Below, piece after piece: positions 1 to 10,875 of a stretch of 64,000 nucleotides of DNA; the stretch's first letter is position 1, and every line of letters starts with the position of its first letter. Under the pieces are notes generated by a model that was given only the letters and a program-made list of their open reading frames with translations, was not told the origin of the DNA and did no database searches. The DNA comes from Oligoflexales bacterium. Lineage in GTDB: Bacteria; Bdellovibrionota_B; Oligoflexia; Oligoflexales; JALZUQ01. The position numbers and the translations under genes were made by a program. Where the stretch lies: positions 3,286 through 67,285 of the forward strand of contig JALZUQ010000013.1 in the NCBI GenBank assembly GCA_023301465.1, given 5' to 3'.

Positions 1-311
1 CCAACAAATTTATAGTTATCAAGAGATTCAGCTGTAAGAGGAGTTTCTTTTCTTTTTGCAGTAGATCCAATATCAATAACCATTGGAGCAGCAAATGGAC
101 TAGACCTCCCAAATGGTGAAAAATGATACTCAACACTAGGCTCAATCAACTCTTCAACTCTCAACGGGGTTTCAATTGCTTGTCCTTTAACAGCAGGATA
201 CCCACCTACTGACTCCCACTCTGCATCTGATAGTTCTTCATCAACCCCATCTTGAGCATAAATATATGAGGGTGATACAAATACAAGTATTAATGTTAAT
301 AAAATTTTCAT
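1..311 (-). CDS. pilP: PilP-like pilus assembly lipoprotein (C-terminal part lost at the left window edge)
   Basis: Absent from the ORF track because it is truncated. The reverse frame is open from ATG at 311..309 to position 1: MKILLTLILVFVSPSYIYAQ (signal peptide) ... ETPLTAESLDNYKFVG. That last motif resembles the conserved PilP core. The gene starts 1 nt after the pilO stop, in pilM-N-O-P order. Confidence 0.45.
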   Translation of the reverse strand, partial: MKILLTLILVFVSPSYIYAQDGVDEELSDAEWESVGGYPAVKGQAIETPLRVEELIEPSVEYHFSPFGRSSPFAAPMVIDIGSTAKRKETPLTAESLDNYKFV

Positions 312-312
312 A

Positions 313-975
313 TCACTCCAACGATTTATAAATAACAACTTCTACATTCGCATCAAGTTGAATGTTTCTTCTTCTCATCTTTGCTGCTTCATACTTACTT
401 AAGTTTGCATACAGTTTTTCTTTTTTTTCTTTATCTTTTTTAGCTTCTTGATTGCCCATTAATTTAAAATCAATTTTTTTAACAAACATTAATCTTTCAA
501 AATGCACTACTTGATCTAGAAAGCTTCCAATATCTCTATAAAGCCCTTTTATTTTTAAATTAATACCTTTTTCAGCATATTTTAACCCTTCTTCCGGCTT
601 TTTTTCTTTTTGCGGCTGAAAATCCTCAAGCTCAACTCTAGAAAGCCTCGCTGCCTTTGTTATTGATGACAAAACATCAGCGATATTAACTTGGTTCGGT
701 AATTTTTTAAAAGCTTCATTAAGTTCGCCTTCAATAAAACTTATATCTTTTTCTAATTTGGGGAGCTCTTCACTCTTTTTAATTGACTGTTTATATACAA
801 CACTCTTTTGACTATTTGCAGATTTAGCCGACTCTAGAACCTCATTTTTCTTAGTGGAGTTTTCACTAAAATGAAGTGCAGGCCACAAAAGGGCCAAAAT
901 AATAACAAGAATAATACGGTAAGCGAGTTTCATCGACCGATATTTTTCGATTAAATCTTTCAAAGTATCATTCAT
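313..975 (-). CDS. pilO: Type IV pilus assembly protein PilO
   Basis: 220 aa with an N-terminal TM helix (YRIILVIILALLWPALHF) followed by a coiled-coil region. It overlaps pilN by 4 nt and sits in the expected position of the pilMNOP order. Confidence 0.6.
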   Translation of the reverse strand: MNDTLKDLIEKYRSMKLAYRIILVIILALLWPALHFSENSTKKNEVLESAKSANSQKSVVYKQSIKKSEELPKLEKDISFIEGELNEAFKKLPNQVNIADVLSSITKAARLSRVELEDFQPQKEKKPEEGLKYAEKGINLKIKGLYRDIGSFLDQVVHFERLMFVKKIDFKLMGNQEAKKDKEKKEKLYANLSKYEAAKMRRRNIQLDANVEVVIYKSLE

Positions 976-1661
976 GATTTCTTCTTCTTGTTTTTTAGGT
1001 TTTTATTTTCTTTTTTATTTTTCTCATCTTTTGATTCATGAGTTTTTGCATAAAACAATAAATCGAAATCTACTACATTCTTCACTTCAGGAAATCTCTC
1101 TGAATCGCCAGATTTTCTTGTAAATGACAATGTGTCGGAGTAAAAATACACCTGAGTTCTTAGATCGTTTGCATCTACTAGATTATTTACAGACTCTTTT
1201 AAAATTTTAATATATTCTGCAATAAGCTCATTACTTAAGGCTCTTCCTTTAAGAGATATTTCTTCACCTTGTTTTTTAACTTCTAGTTCTTCAAACCACA
1301 CACCCGCAGGTTTCATGTTTTGAATATGTTCTAAAACGATGACCGGCATATAACGAGACAATTTAACTTTTGTAATATTCTTGAGTGCATCTACCTTTTC
1401 ACTTAACTTTATTCGTTTTTCTAAAAGAGATGTATGTCTTTTTACTTCAGGGTCTAATTTTGCTATGGTAGATTCCATTCTAGATTTTTCAGCATAAGCT
1501 GCCTTAATCTGATCATCAATGCTACCTATGTAATAAGTCACAGCAAAATACGCCACTGCAAACACAATGAAACCGACTAGAAAGTCAGGAACCCACCAAA
1601 ACTGGCTGTCTAATTCTTCAATTGGTGCTAAGTTAATCTTAATCAACTTAAAGTCCCTCAC
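972..1661 (-). CDS. pilN: Type IV pilus assembly protein PilN
   Basis: 229 aa. The N-terminal IKINLAPIEE matches the PilN INLLP-type motif and is followed by a single TM helix. It lies directly downstream of pilM. Confidence 0.7.
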   Translation of the reverse strand: MRDFKLIKINLAPIEELDSQFWWVPDFLVGFIVFAVAYFAVTYYIGSIDDQIKAAYAEKSRMESTIAKLDPEVKRHTSLLEKRIKLSEKVDALKNITKVKLSRYMPVIVLEHIQNMKPAGVWFEELEVKKQGEEISLKGRALSNELIAEYIKILKESVNNLVDANDLRTQVYFYSDTLSFTRKSGDSERFPEVKNVVDFDLLFYAKTHESKDEKNKKENKNLKNKKKKS

Positions 1662-1662
1662 A

Positions 1663-2724
1663 TTATTTTTCGTTAAACTTTCTCAATGCTAAACCACTTG
1701 CCACTCCAAATAAGTGACCTTGTTCTAACAAGTAATCCATAGAAGCATTTGATTTTTTTAAATCTACCCCTGCAAATGGGTTCATGATTGAAGCTGGTAT
1801 TTGCAACTCTGCAGCAATTGCTGCATCTAAACCTAAAACCTTAGAACTTCCACCAGAAAGAACTATTGAGTCCATTTCACCACCAAAATTGTTATCCATC
1901 TGCAAAAAATCAGCGATACTATTACTAATATGGCCTGATAATTGGTTATTAACTTCGGAGATGATATTAACAATCTCAGGGTTTTGTTCGCCTCCGATTT
2001 GGGACGCAGAAATTTTCATTGTTTCAGCATTTTCAAAACTTAAATCGAGATTTTCTTTAATGGCTGCCGTATAGTCATCACCACCAAAGTTAATATCACG
2101 TGAATATAAGTACTCACCCGCATTAACAATGGACATTTGACTTATTTTTGCACCAATATTTAAAAATATTTTAATCTTGTCTTGAAAACCATAATTATGC
2201 TCATAAGAATTCATCACACAAAAAACATCGCAGTCTACAACTCCAACACGCAATCCAACATTACGAACGGCCTCTATATATCCATCTACAACATCTTTTG
2301 AAACTCCCGTTAATAGAACAGGGACTTCACCTTGGGAGTCAGGAACTTCATTTAGAACTAAATATTCCCAGTACAATTCCCTAAGATCAGCATGGAAGTT
2401 TTGTTCAGCTTCAGAACTCACTAACTCAATGAGTTCACCACCAGCCATTCCTTCTGGAATATATACTTTCTTCATCATAACTGCATTTCCACCTACAGAA
2501 ATCCCAGCTCTACGACCAAACTTTGATATCTTTAAGCGATCCATTAGTTCTGATACACAATTTGTTACTTCATCTGCATCTGAAATCACACCATCAACGA
2601 TAGAGTTTGCAGGTAAAGTTTCTAAACCTGCATTCTTCAATTTTTGTGCTTTTGGATCTGCAAATTCAACCAACTTAATCGCTGAAGATCCAAAATCTAT
2701 CGCAATGAGAGACTTACTAAACAA
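1663..2724 (-). CDS. pilM: Type IV pilus assembly ATPase-like protein PilM
   Basis: 353 aa with an actin/FtsA-like fold pattern. N-terminus IAIDFGSSAIKLVEF, and GGSSKV near the C-terminus. It heads the pilMNOP block. Confidence 0.85.
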   Translation of the reverse strand: MFSKSLIAIDFGSSAIKLVEFADPKAQKLKNAGLETLPANSIVDGVISDADEVTNCVSELMDRLKISKFGRRAGISVGGNAVMMKKVYIPEGMAGGELIELVSSEAEQNFHADLRELYWEYLVLNEVPDSQGEVPVLLTGVSKDVVDGYIEAVRNVGLRVGVVDCDVFCVMNSYEHNYGFQDKIKIFLNIGAKISQMSIVNAGEYLYSRDINFGGDDYTAAIKENLDLSFENAETMKISASQIGGEQNPEIVNIISEVNNQLSGHISNSIADFLQMDNNFGGEMDSIVLSGGSSKVLGLDAAIAAELQIPASIMNPFAGVDLKKSNASMDYLLEQGHLFGVASGLALRKFNEK

Positions 2725-2857
2725 TGGGTGCCACCTAACTTATGAAAAGAATCGTTTATCCCATTGTTTCATGAACATGAATTTGATGTCAATTTTTAAG
2801 GCAGCAAAAAACACTGTTTTTATAGGCATTTTTTACCGTAGTAGGTGAACTAGGAAA

Positions 2858-3733
2858 TTATTGCCATACTAAAGATAGTGGAACAGCTTGTAAGAAGTCG
2901 ATATGGTCACCAAAATGCAAGGTGTGCTGATGATGCCTACCATCAATTGCTAAAATAGCTTCTTCACAAAAATTTTGTATTTGAAGTGTTTGATTCTTGA
3001 GTGAAAACCGATCTGAAACAATATTTAACTGGTTTTGCGGTAAGTAATAAGGTTCTCTTACTCGAAATAATGTGTCTTTACTAAGAATATCAATTGGGGT
3101 TGACCCTGCTGCTCTAATTGCCGCAGTAGAACCGGTAGCTGTAGAAACCCAAACCCCACTTGAGCGATGCATTTCTCTTTGTTTTTGATACCTAATCTCA
3201 TACCTTGTCGTACAAGATGGGTTCGAGTTTGCGAACAAAACATCATTTAAAGCAGAACTAGTCGTAATCACTTCGCATGAAGAAGCCTTTGTAATCTGTG
3301 CTTTTATTCTTTGTAAAGATACTGTTTTTAATTTTTGATTTAAAAACTCAAGCAATATATCTTCAAATGTACTTTGGTGACTCGCACATAAGTACCCAAC
3401 ACTAGCATCGGAAGACCGAACACCTAAAACTGGAGTTTTATCATCAAGCCTGTGGGAAGTTGCTAATAATGTACCATCACCACCGATAGTAATCACTAGG
3501 TCAAAACCTTTGAAGTCGACCTGGTCTAAACCTTCTAGGTCAACCTGTTCGATCACAGAGAACTCTCGGGTTAGTATCTCTAAAACTTTGTTTTCTGTCT
3601 GGCAGTGTTGTTGATGTTCACGTTTTAAGTCGGTGAGATAGTGACCATCCACTATCCCCTTTTCAATGTTTTTATGAAAACCCTCACCGTGTCTTTGTAA
3701 GTTTGTCGACTTTGAAACAACAATTGTTTTCAT
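2858..3733 (-). CDS. nadK: NAD(+) kinase
   Basis: 291 aa with the GGDGT motif (VITIGGDGTLLAT), ALNDVLF, and the Gly-rich TATGSTAAIRAAG motif typical of NAD kinases. Confidence 0.85.
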   Translation of the reverse strand: MKTIVVSKSTNLQRHGEGFHKNIEKGIVDGHYLTDLKREHQQHCQTENKVLEILTREFSVIEQVDLEGLDQVDFKGFDLVITIGGDGTLLATSHRLDDKTPVLGVRSSDASVGYLCASHQSTFEDILLEFLNQKLKTVSLQRIKAQITKASSCEVITTSSALNDVLFANSNPSCTTRYEIRYQKQREMHRSSGVWVSTATGSTAAIRAAGSTPIDILSKDTLFRVREPYYLPQNQLNIVSDRFSLKNQTLQIQNFCEEAILAIDGRHHQHTLHFGDHIDFLQAVPLSLVWQ

Positions 3734-3739
3734 TAGAGA

Positions 3740-5305
3740 TTAATGCCGTTGGTTTGCAGCAATGATCTTTGCGTAGTTCATATGGTGACTATTGCGGTGA
3801 ATCACACCTTTGTTATCAAGAGCCTGAAGAGACTGCTTTTGAAGAGCATCACGCATTCTAAAAGCTTGAATATAACGCATCATTCCAGATATTTGATCAA
3901 TATCTTGACCAATTTCTGCGGATGGCGTTGTAGATTCAGACAAAAACTTCACGATTACTTTTTTATTTCCATTTGAAAAAACTTCACCAAAAACTTTCTT
4001 ATTTGATTCCATTTTTGAAAACAACTTTTCTTTTATCACTTCATCTGAGCCAAGACCCTGTATCGACGCTGAACTTAATGACACATCTCCAGTATCTTGC
4101 CATTTCAATCCATTTGCAGACAATAGAGAAGAAACATCCGTACCAGCTACAAGAGAGTCATGAATTTTTTTTGATAACTCTGCAGCTTTCATTGGTTTGA
4201 TATTCTTTTGGAGTAGTTTTTTTGCAATTTGATCTTTTACTTGATCAACTGTTTTTTTAGAGGCTTTTTTAACGCCTTCAACTTTGATGATATGAAAACC
4301 AAATGGTGTTTCTACAAGTTCAGAAACCTCACCGTTTTTCATATTAAAAGCAGTATCTGAAAACTCTTTCACCATGGTTTTACGACTAAACCAACCGAGA
4401 TCTCCACCAGTTTTCTTTCCACTTTGCTCATCGGTATTTGCTTTTGTAAGTGAGATAAAGTCTTCTACTTTTGCTCTCTTTAATAAGTCCGCAGCCTTTG
4501 ACTTTGCCTGCTCTTTTGTTCTTAAAATAGTACCATCAGCTCTACGAGATCCTTTATACGCAACCAACAAATGTCTTGCTTTTACTTGCTTAGGTTTGTC
4601 GTAGTCTCTTATGTTTCTTGCAAAATATTCTTGGATCTGTGCATTCGACCCCTCTTTTGCAACAAAACTCTGTACATCTGCATCAGTCACAACAACAGAG
4701 AGTTTCTCAGGATCAACGGAAACATATTGAAACTTACGCTTAATGTTTCTAATGCTTTGCTCAAGCTCCGCTGCTTTCTTAGAAACCATAAAAGTTTCCG
4801 AAGTAAGTCTAGCGTACTTTTCGTTTACAAGGTCTCTTGTGACAGCATCTTGATACTGACGTTCTGTATAGCCATTAGAAGCAAGAATGTTTTTGTATCT
4901 AGCAGGATCAAACTTTCCTTCTGCGTCTTTAAAATTATTGAAGGTGTATTCGATGAGTTTCTTTTCATCTACGCCTATACCCATGTTTTTTGCGTTATAG
5001 AAAGACACATAAGATGAAAGTAGTTGATTCATGACTGTTTGAGAAAGGTTGGACTTTACTGGGTCAAAACCTTCACCAGCTCTATCTCTTTCTTGTTGAA
5101 ACATTCTTGAGTAAGCTCTACGAAACTCTATATCTGAAACCTCTAAATCTCCAACAGAAGCCGCTTTTCCGCCTGATGCAATGTTGCCTTGATCTGGACT
5201 ACATACGCCAAAAAAGGTCATTGCAAAAAGAGCCAAGGACAAAACCACGTAACTCATTGTTTGATTGAAATTTAACTTCTTGCTTTTCCAAGTGAATAAT
5301 CCCAC
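3740..5305 (-). CDS. PpiD/SurA-like periplasmic peptidyl-prolyl isomerase (parvulin type), membrane anchored
   Basis: Parvulin domain ARHLLV...GGDLGWFSRKTMVKEFSDTAFNMKNGEVSELVETPFGFHIIKV, plus an N-terminal TM helix (YVVLSLALFAMTFFGV). The track ORF starts at TTG 5350. I prefer GTG 5305, which follows a GGAG Shine-Dalgarno. Confidence 0.75.
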   Translation of the reverse strand: MGLFTWKSKKLNFNQTMSYVVLSLALFAMTFFGVCSPDQGNIASGGKAASVGDLEVSDIEFRRAYSRMFQQERDRAGEGFDPVKSNLSQTVMNQLLSSYVSFYNAKNMGIGVDEKKLIEYTFNNFKDAEGKFDPARYKNILASNGYTERQYQDAVTRDLVNEKYARLTSETFMVSKKAAELEQSIRNIKRKFQYVSVDPEKLSVVVTDADVQSFVAKEGSNAQIQEYFARNIRDYDKPKQVKARHLLVAYKGSRRADGTILRTKEQAKSKAADLLKRAKVEDFISLTKANTDEQSGKKTGGDLGWFSRKTMVKEFSDTAFNMKNGEVSELVETPFGFHIIKVEGVKKASKKTVDQVKDQIAKKLLQKNIKPMKAAELSKKIHDSLVAGTDVSSLLSANGLKWQDTGDVSLSSASIQGLGSDEVIKEKLFSKMESNKKVFGEVFSNGNKKVIVKFLSESTTPSAEIGQDIDQISGMMRYIQAFRMRDALQKQSLQALDNKGVIHRNSHHMNYAKIIAANQRH

Positions 5306-5485
5306 AAAAATCTCCACAACATAATGAATATCTAATGAACATGTTCCCAAACGAATCTAACATTTATTATTTAGATAAAAAATATAGCAGTCGTAAGATT
5401 TTCTATTGTATGCGACCCACTGCTATTGTCTAGCAATAACAGACCTTCTGTGGTAAAAATGAGCCAACACGAAACTGTTTAGTAA

Positions 5486-6556
<1,071 letters not shown>

Positions 6557-6582
6557 AAATGTTTTAGGGAGGTCGCTGCAAA

Positions 6583-7431
6583 ATGAAACGCAAAGGATTT
6601 CAACGTAAATGGTTGTTAGTAGTTGCGTTATTTGCACTCGTGAGCTCTATATTTTACTCTAAACACCAAGGAGTTCGCTACTCTAGCTCTATTGAGGGTA
6701 AGTTATCTTTTTTCATTGAAACTCCAGAACGCTGGTTTATACAAACAAAAAAATACTTTAGTGATTTTTTTGGTAAATTTGAAACCCAAAAGAACCTTCA
6801 AAAAGAACTCGACGCCCAAAAACAAAAAACATCTGAGTTTATGACTTATGCACATTTACTGGAAAGTCGAATCCAAGAACTAGAGAAAAAACTCAAACTA
6901 AATACTATCCCACATGTTAAACGATTCTCTGAAAAAATTTTTGCAGAAGTATCTCACCACCATGATAACCTTCCGATCGATTTATACCGTGCTCACACAA
7001 ATGGAAATCATAACAGCCTTCAAAAAGACGCTGTCATCATGAACCATGAAGGACTGGCAGGGAGTATTATGAGACACGGCAACCTTGGTTTTGATTTTCA
7101 GGGCGTAAACCACCCCAGATTTAGAGCAGACATCTTTCTTGAAAGAACCCACCAACGTGGCATCTGGAAAGGAACTGGTAACGACACCAGCGAGCTCACC
7201 CTTAAAAATTACACCGATATAAAAATCGGGGACCTTATTCTTAGCTCCGGACTAAAAAACAAATTCCCACCACATATTCCTATTGGGTTTGTCAAACACC
7301 TTGAATACACAAGCAATGGATTAGCCAATAAAATTAAAGTTGAACCACTGGTCAATTTTGACAATCTAAAATATGTTTATGTTTTACTAAACAACTCCTC
7401 TTTAAATACAAAAAACATTTCTTTAAAATGA
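6583..7431 (+). CDS. mreC: Rod shape-determining protein MreC
   Basis: 282 aa with an N-terminal TM helix, a coiled-coil, and the C-terminal beta-domain motif SSGLKNKFPPHIPIGFV. It lies between mreB and mreD. Confidence 0.75.
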   Translation: MKRKGFQRKWLLVVALFALVSSIFYSKHQGVRYSSSIEGKLSFFIETPERWFIQTKKYFSDFFGKFETQKNLQKELDAQKQKTSEFMTYAHLLESRIQELEKKLKLNTIPHVKRFSEKIFAEVSHHHDNLPIDLYRAHTNGNHNSLQKDAVIMNHEGLAGSIMRHGNLGFDFQGVNHPRFRADIFLERTHQRGIWKGTGNDTSELTLKNYTDIKIGDLILSSGLKNKFPPHIPIGFVKHLEYTSNGLANKIKVEPLVNFDNLKYVYVLLNNSSLNTKNISLK

Positions 7432-7835
7432 GTAGCTCAACACATAAATCATTAAGAACTGAAGTCTTCACACAAAACCACTCATCTGTTGTTTTACCTT
7501 TTATTTTATGCATATTTGGGACATTGTTATTTTATATTCTATCACCATATATTGTCTCTAAAAACTTTTTGTTTCACGTTCCTACTTTGTTTTTCTTATG
7601 GCTCACATCAAAAAGAAACAGTGGGTTTTCAATTGCTATCGCCATTGCAATGGGGCTTACGACAGAAATCCTTCTATCGTTAACCATTGGTGCTGGGGTA
7701 TTTATATACTGTTTTAGTTATGGAGCAATCAGAGCTATTGAACCCTTATGGGATCTTCATTACAGGTTTCATAGAGTAGGTTACAGCATAGTATTTATTG
7801 TGATCTGGCATATACTTTTTTGGGCTATGCACTAA
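7428..7835 (+). CDS. mreD: Rod shape-determining protein MreD
   Basis: 135-aa polytopic membrane protein. It overlaps mreC by 4 nt and has the mreD position in the operon. Confidence 0.6.
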   Translation: MSSSTHKSLRTEVFTQNHSSVVLPFILCIFGTLLFYILSPYIVSKNFLFHVPTLFFLWLTSKRNSGFSIAIAIAMGLTTEILLSLTIGAGVFIYCFSYGAIRAIEPLWDLHYRFHRVGYSIVFIVIWHILFWAMH

Positions 7836-7916
7836 AACATAAATTTTTGGAGAATTTTTATCTTTAAGAGCAATAACATTGTCATAAAAAAACGCATCTT
7901 ATTATTTGCGATTCTT

Positions 7917-9731
7917 ATGTGCACTGTGATTGCACTTCTAACAAGCCGACTAGCATATATCCAAATTATTAAACCCGAACAATACATTAAACAAGCGGAT
8001 GCCAATTTCAAATCACGCATCCAAGTAAATGCACCAAGAGGTGTTTTTTATGACAGAAACAATCAAATCATCTTAGGAAACAAAAAAGTATCAAACTTTG
8101 TCTTTTTTCGTCAAAAAAAACTACCTTCGAACGAAATCATTCAAACCGTTGCAGAAACTATAGAAAAACCTATACATTACATTCAATCAAAAATAAAACA
8201 ATCCTACTTACAACCTAAATACATACCAATCGTTATTAAACGTAACTTAAATCTCTCTGAAATTTCTGAAGTTGAAAACAAACTTTCACAAGTGCCGGGG
8301 TTTGAAGTCATGACACAACCTGGGAGGTCTTATAGTAAGGGACAGCCACTTCACATGCTAGGCCACCTTGCAGAAATAAGTCGCACAGAACTTAAAAAAT
8401 CTGAAAACGAAAACTACAGCAGAGGTGATCTTGTAGGAAAAAAAGGGCTTGAAAGAATATTTGAAAAAGAACTTGTTGGAAAAAAAGGACTTAAAGTTGT
8501 CAATGTTGATGCTAGAGGAAGCCTTGTAGACCCAAATCAAAACGAATACTCTAAAAAACCAATCCCCGGACACAATATACACCTCACCATTGATTATGAT
8601 TTACAAAATTTTGTTTTTGAAACTTTCCGGCATAAACGTGGGGCCGTCATTGCGATGGATCCCAGAAATGGAAAAATCCTTGCCATAAAAAGCTCTCCAA
8701 CATATCCTCCTGAGCTTTTTCAATCGCAACTATCAACAAAAGCTTGGAATATTATTGCCAACAACCCTTTTGCTCCATTGATTGATAAGACGATACGTGC
8801 TGAATATCCTCCAGGAAGTTTATATAAAGTAGTGGTAGGACTTGCCGCCCTACAAGAAAACAAAATCAATGAACACACGACCTTTAAATGCACTGGTCAC
8901 TTCAATGTGAATAAAGAAAAATTCCATTGTCATAAACGATCAGGTCATGGAAGGGTCAATCTAAAGCAAGCAATGCGGTACTCATGTGATTCCTTTTTCT
9001 ATCAAATTGGCCTCGAACTAGGAGTCGATAAAATTGCCAGCTATGCAAAAAAGTTTATGCTTGGCAGCTCTTTTGGTATCCGTTTTGGTACAGAAAAAAC
9101 TGGATTAATCCCTACCCGTGAATGGAAATATAAAAAGAAAAAAGTTGCTTGGAAACGCGGAGAAACTTTACCGGTATCTATTGGACAAGGTTTTAACCTC
9201 ACTACCCCACTTCAACTTGTTAATTTATTTTCGAGTATTGCCAACGGGGGAAAGGTATGGAAGCCTTATGTTGTTCAGAGAACCAGCGATTACTATGGAA
9301 AAGTGATCAAGGAGTTTGAGCCTGAATTATTAAGTAATATTAATGATATCAATCCAGAACATTTTGAACTCATAAAAAAATCATTAATTGAGGTAACAAC
9401 CCACCCAAAAGGAACAGGCCGGCTAGCAAAATCATCTATAACAGAAATTGCCGGCAAATCGGGTTCGGTACAAGTCGTAAAGCTTAAGAGGTATGCAAAA
9501 GGCGAACAAGTTAGCATGCTCTGGAAAGAACACGCTATTTTTGCTGGATTCGCACCTGCTAATAACCCCAAAATTACGGTCTTGGTTTTTTCGGAACATG
9601 ACAACTCGGAAGAAGGCGGTGGTAAAGCTGCTGGCCCTATTGTCAAAAACATCATCGAGCACTATCTTTCTATCGAAAACCAAAATGGAGGAAAAAGACT
9701 TGGCGGATATCCAAATCAAAAGTCCGGCTGA
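7917..9731 (+). CDS. mrdA: Penicillin-binding protein 2 (elongasome transpeptidase)
   Basis: 604 aa with a PBP dimerisation domain plus a transpeptidase domain. Active-site motifs are present: PGSLYKVV (SxxK), a SCD element (SxN-type) and KSGSVQ (KSG). The true start may lie upstream of ATG 7917 (see finding). Confidence 0.9.
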   Translation: MCTVIALLTSRLAYIQIIKPEQYIKQADANFKSRIQVNAPRGVFYDRNNQIILGNKKVSNFVFFRQKKLPSNEIIQTVAETIEKPIHYIQSKIKQSYLQPKYIPIVIKRNLNLSEISEVENKLSQVPGFEVMTQPGRSYSKGQPLHMLGHLAEISRTELKKSENENYSRGDLVGKKGLERIFEKELVGKKGLKVVNVDARGSLVDPNQNEYSKKPIPGHNIHLTIDYDLQNFVFETFRHKRGAVIAMDPRNGKILAIKSSPTYPPELFQSQLSTKAWNIIANNPFAPLIDKTIRAEYPPGSLYKVVVGLAALQENKINEHTTFKCTGHFNVNKEKFHCHKRSGHGRVNLKQAMRYSCDSFFYQIGLELGVDKIASYAKKFMLGSSFGIRFGTEKTGLIPTREWKYKKKKVAWKRGETLPVSIGQGFNLTTPLQLVNLFSSIANGGKVWKPYVVQRTSDYYGKVIKEFEPELLSNINDINPEHFELIKKSLIEVTTHPKGTGRLAKSSITEIAGKSGSVQVVKLKRYAKGEQVSMLWKEHAIFAGFAPANNPKITVLVFSEHDNSEEGGGKAAGPIVKNIIEHYLSIENQNGGKRLGGYPNQKSG

Positions 9732-10875
9732 CCTCCACTTTGTCCAAAGGCACCGTGGAGTTGCTTTCCAACATCATTCAAGATGGCAACTTCCTGTTTT
9801 TCTCATGATTCTCACCCTCTTTATCGTTGGCGGTCTTTTTAACCTCTATAGCTCAACCAGTGGTGGCGTACTTTTTCGATCTCAAATGAAAAACCTTGCT
9901 ATTGGAAGCTTTGTCTTTTTATTTACTTTTATATTTGGAAATAGCAAACGCATTAATCAAATTGTATTTCCCCTCTTTGCATTCACTGTCATTGGACTAC
10001 TCGGAGTTTTAGTATTTGGAAAATCAGTGAATGGTTCACAAAGATGGTTACAGATAGGCGGTTTTCAAGGACAACCTTCAGAGTTTGCAAAAATCACAGT
10101 GGCTCTATTTGTTGCAAAATACTTTTCGTTTTATCAGTATTTTCAAAAATTTAGGTTTGTAGATTTTTTAGTTTTAAGCTCTGGTGTTGGTTGTATTTTT
10201 GGTCTTATTGCTATTCAACCAGACCTTGGAACTGCTGGAATATGTGCAATTATTGCGGCTACTCAGATGCTTCTTGTAAAGTGGGATAAAAATACTTTCC
10301 GAACTTTATTTGTTGCTGGCATCATTTGCTTTGGTCTAGGCTGGAAATACTACCTCCATGATTATCAAAAGCAGAGAATCCTTACATTCATTAACCCAAG
10401 CTCTGATCCACTTGGTGCTGGATATAACATCAAACAGTCTCTCGTTGCTGTAGGAAGCGGTCAGCTATGGGGAAAAGGCTACCAAAAAGGAACACAAACT
10501 CAGCTTAGCTTTCTTCCAGCAAAAGATACTGATTTTATCTTTTCTGTATTAAGCGAAGAGCATGGCTTTGCAATTGCTTCACTCATCTTATTGTTAGTAG
10601 TGGCTTTAACGGTTTTCATGATGTGGTTTGCTTGGATTGCAAAAGACACCTTTGGCACCCTTGCAACTGTTGGTGTTGCTATTTGTTTTTTCTCACAGTC
10701 AGTGATTAACATTGCCATGGTATTAGGATTATTTCCTGTCGTGGGAATGCCTCTTCCATTTTATTCCCACGGTGGTAGTTCAGTCATTGGACTATTATTT
10801 GGACTAGGTATCGTTGCAGCATTAGCAAAAGATCACTTTAGAGTAAATATTCAAACAAACTATGAAGGAGCATGA
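9685..10875 (+). CDS. rodA: SEDS-family peptidoglycan polymerase RodA
   Basis: FtsW/RodA/SpoVE family motifs: LQIGGFQGQPSEFAK, PDLGTA, QSLVAVGSG, LPAKDTDFIFSVLSEEHGF, FYSHGGSS. The track ORF (9493) carries a non-homologous extension inside mrdA. I take ATG 9685 (MEEKDL...) as the start. Confidence 0.9.
   Translation: MEEKDLADIQIKSPADLHFVQRHRGVAFQHHSRWQLPVFLMILTLFIVGGLFNLYSSTSGGVLFRSQMKNLAIGSFVFLFTFIFGNSKRINQIVFPLFAFTVIGLLGVLVFGKSVNGSQRWLQIGGFQGQPSEFAKITVALFVAKYFSFYQYFQKFRFVDFLVLSSGVGCIFGLIAIQPDLGTAGICAIIAATQMLLVKWDKNTFRTLFVAGIICFGLGWKYYLHDYQKQRILTFINPSSDPLGAGYNIKQSLVAVGSGQLWGKGYQKGTQTQLSFLPAKDTDFIFSVLSEEHGFAIASLILLLVVALTVFMMWFAWIAKDTFGTLATVGVAICFFSQSVINIAMVLGLFPVVGMPLPFYSHGGSSVIGLLFGLGIVAALAKDHFRVNIQTNYEGA

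Noticed and set aside
1784-2848. Plus-strand ORFs 1784-2074 and 2429-2848, antisense to pilM
   Set aside because: They lie inside or opposite a well-supported conserved gene, have low-complexity or odd composition, and lack start context. The same reasoning applies to 5725-6096 and 6193-6465 (opposite mreB), 9293-9719 (opposite mrdA), 17998-19107 (opposite the DASS transporter) and 58114-58485.
9493-9684. N-terminal 64-aa extension of the rodA ORF in the track
   Set aside because: The extension lies entirely inside mrdA in another frame and has no RodA-like sequence. Homology begins after Met at 9685.
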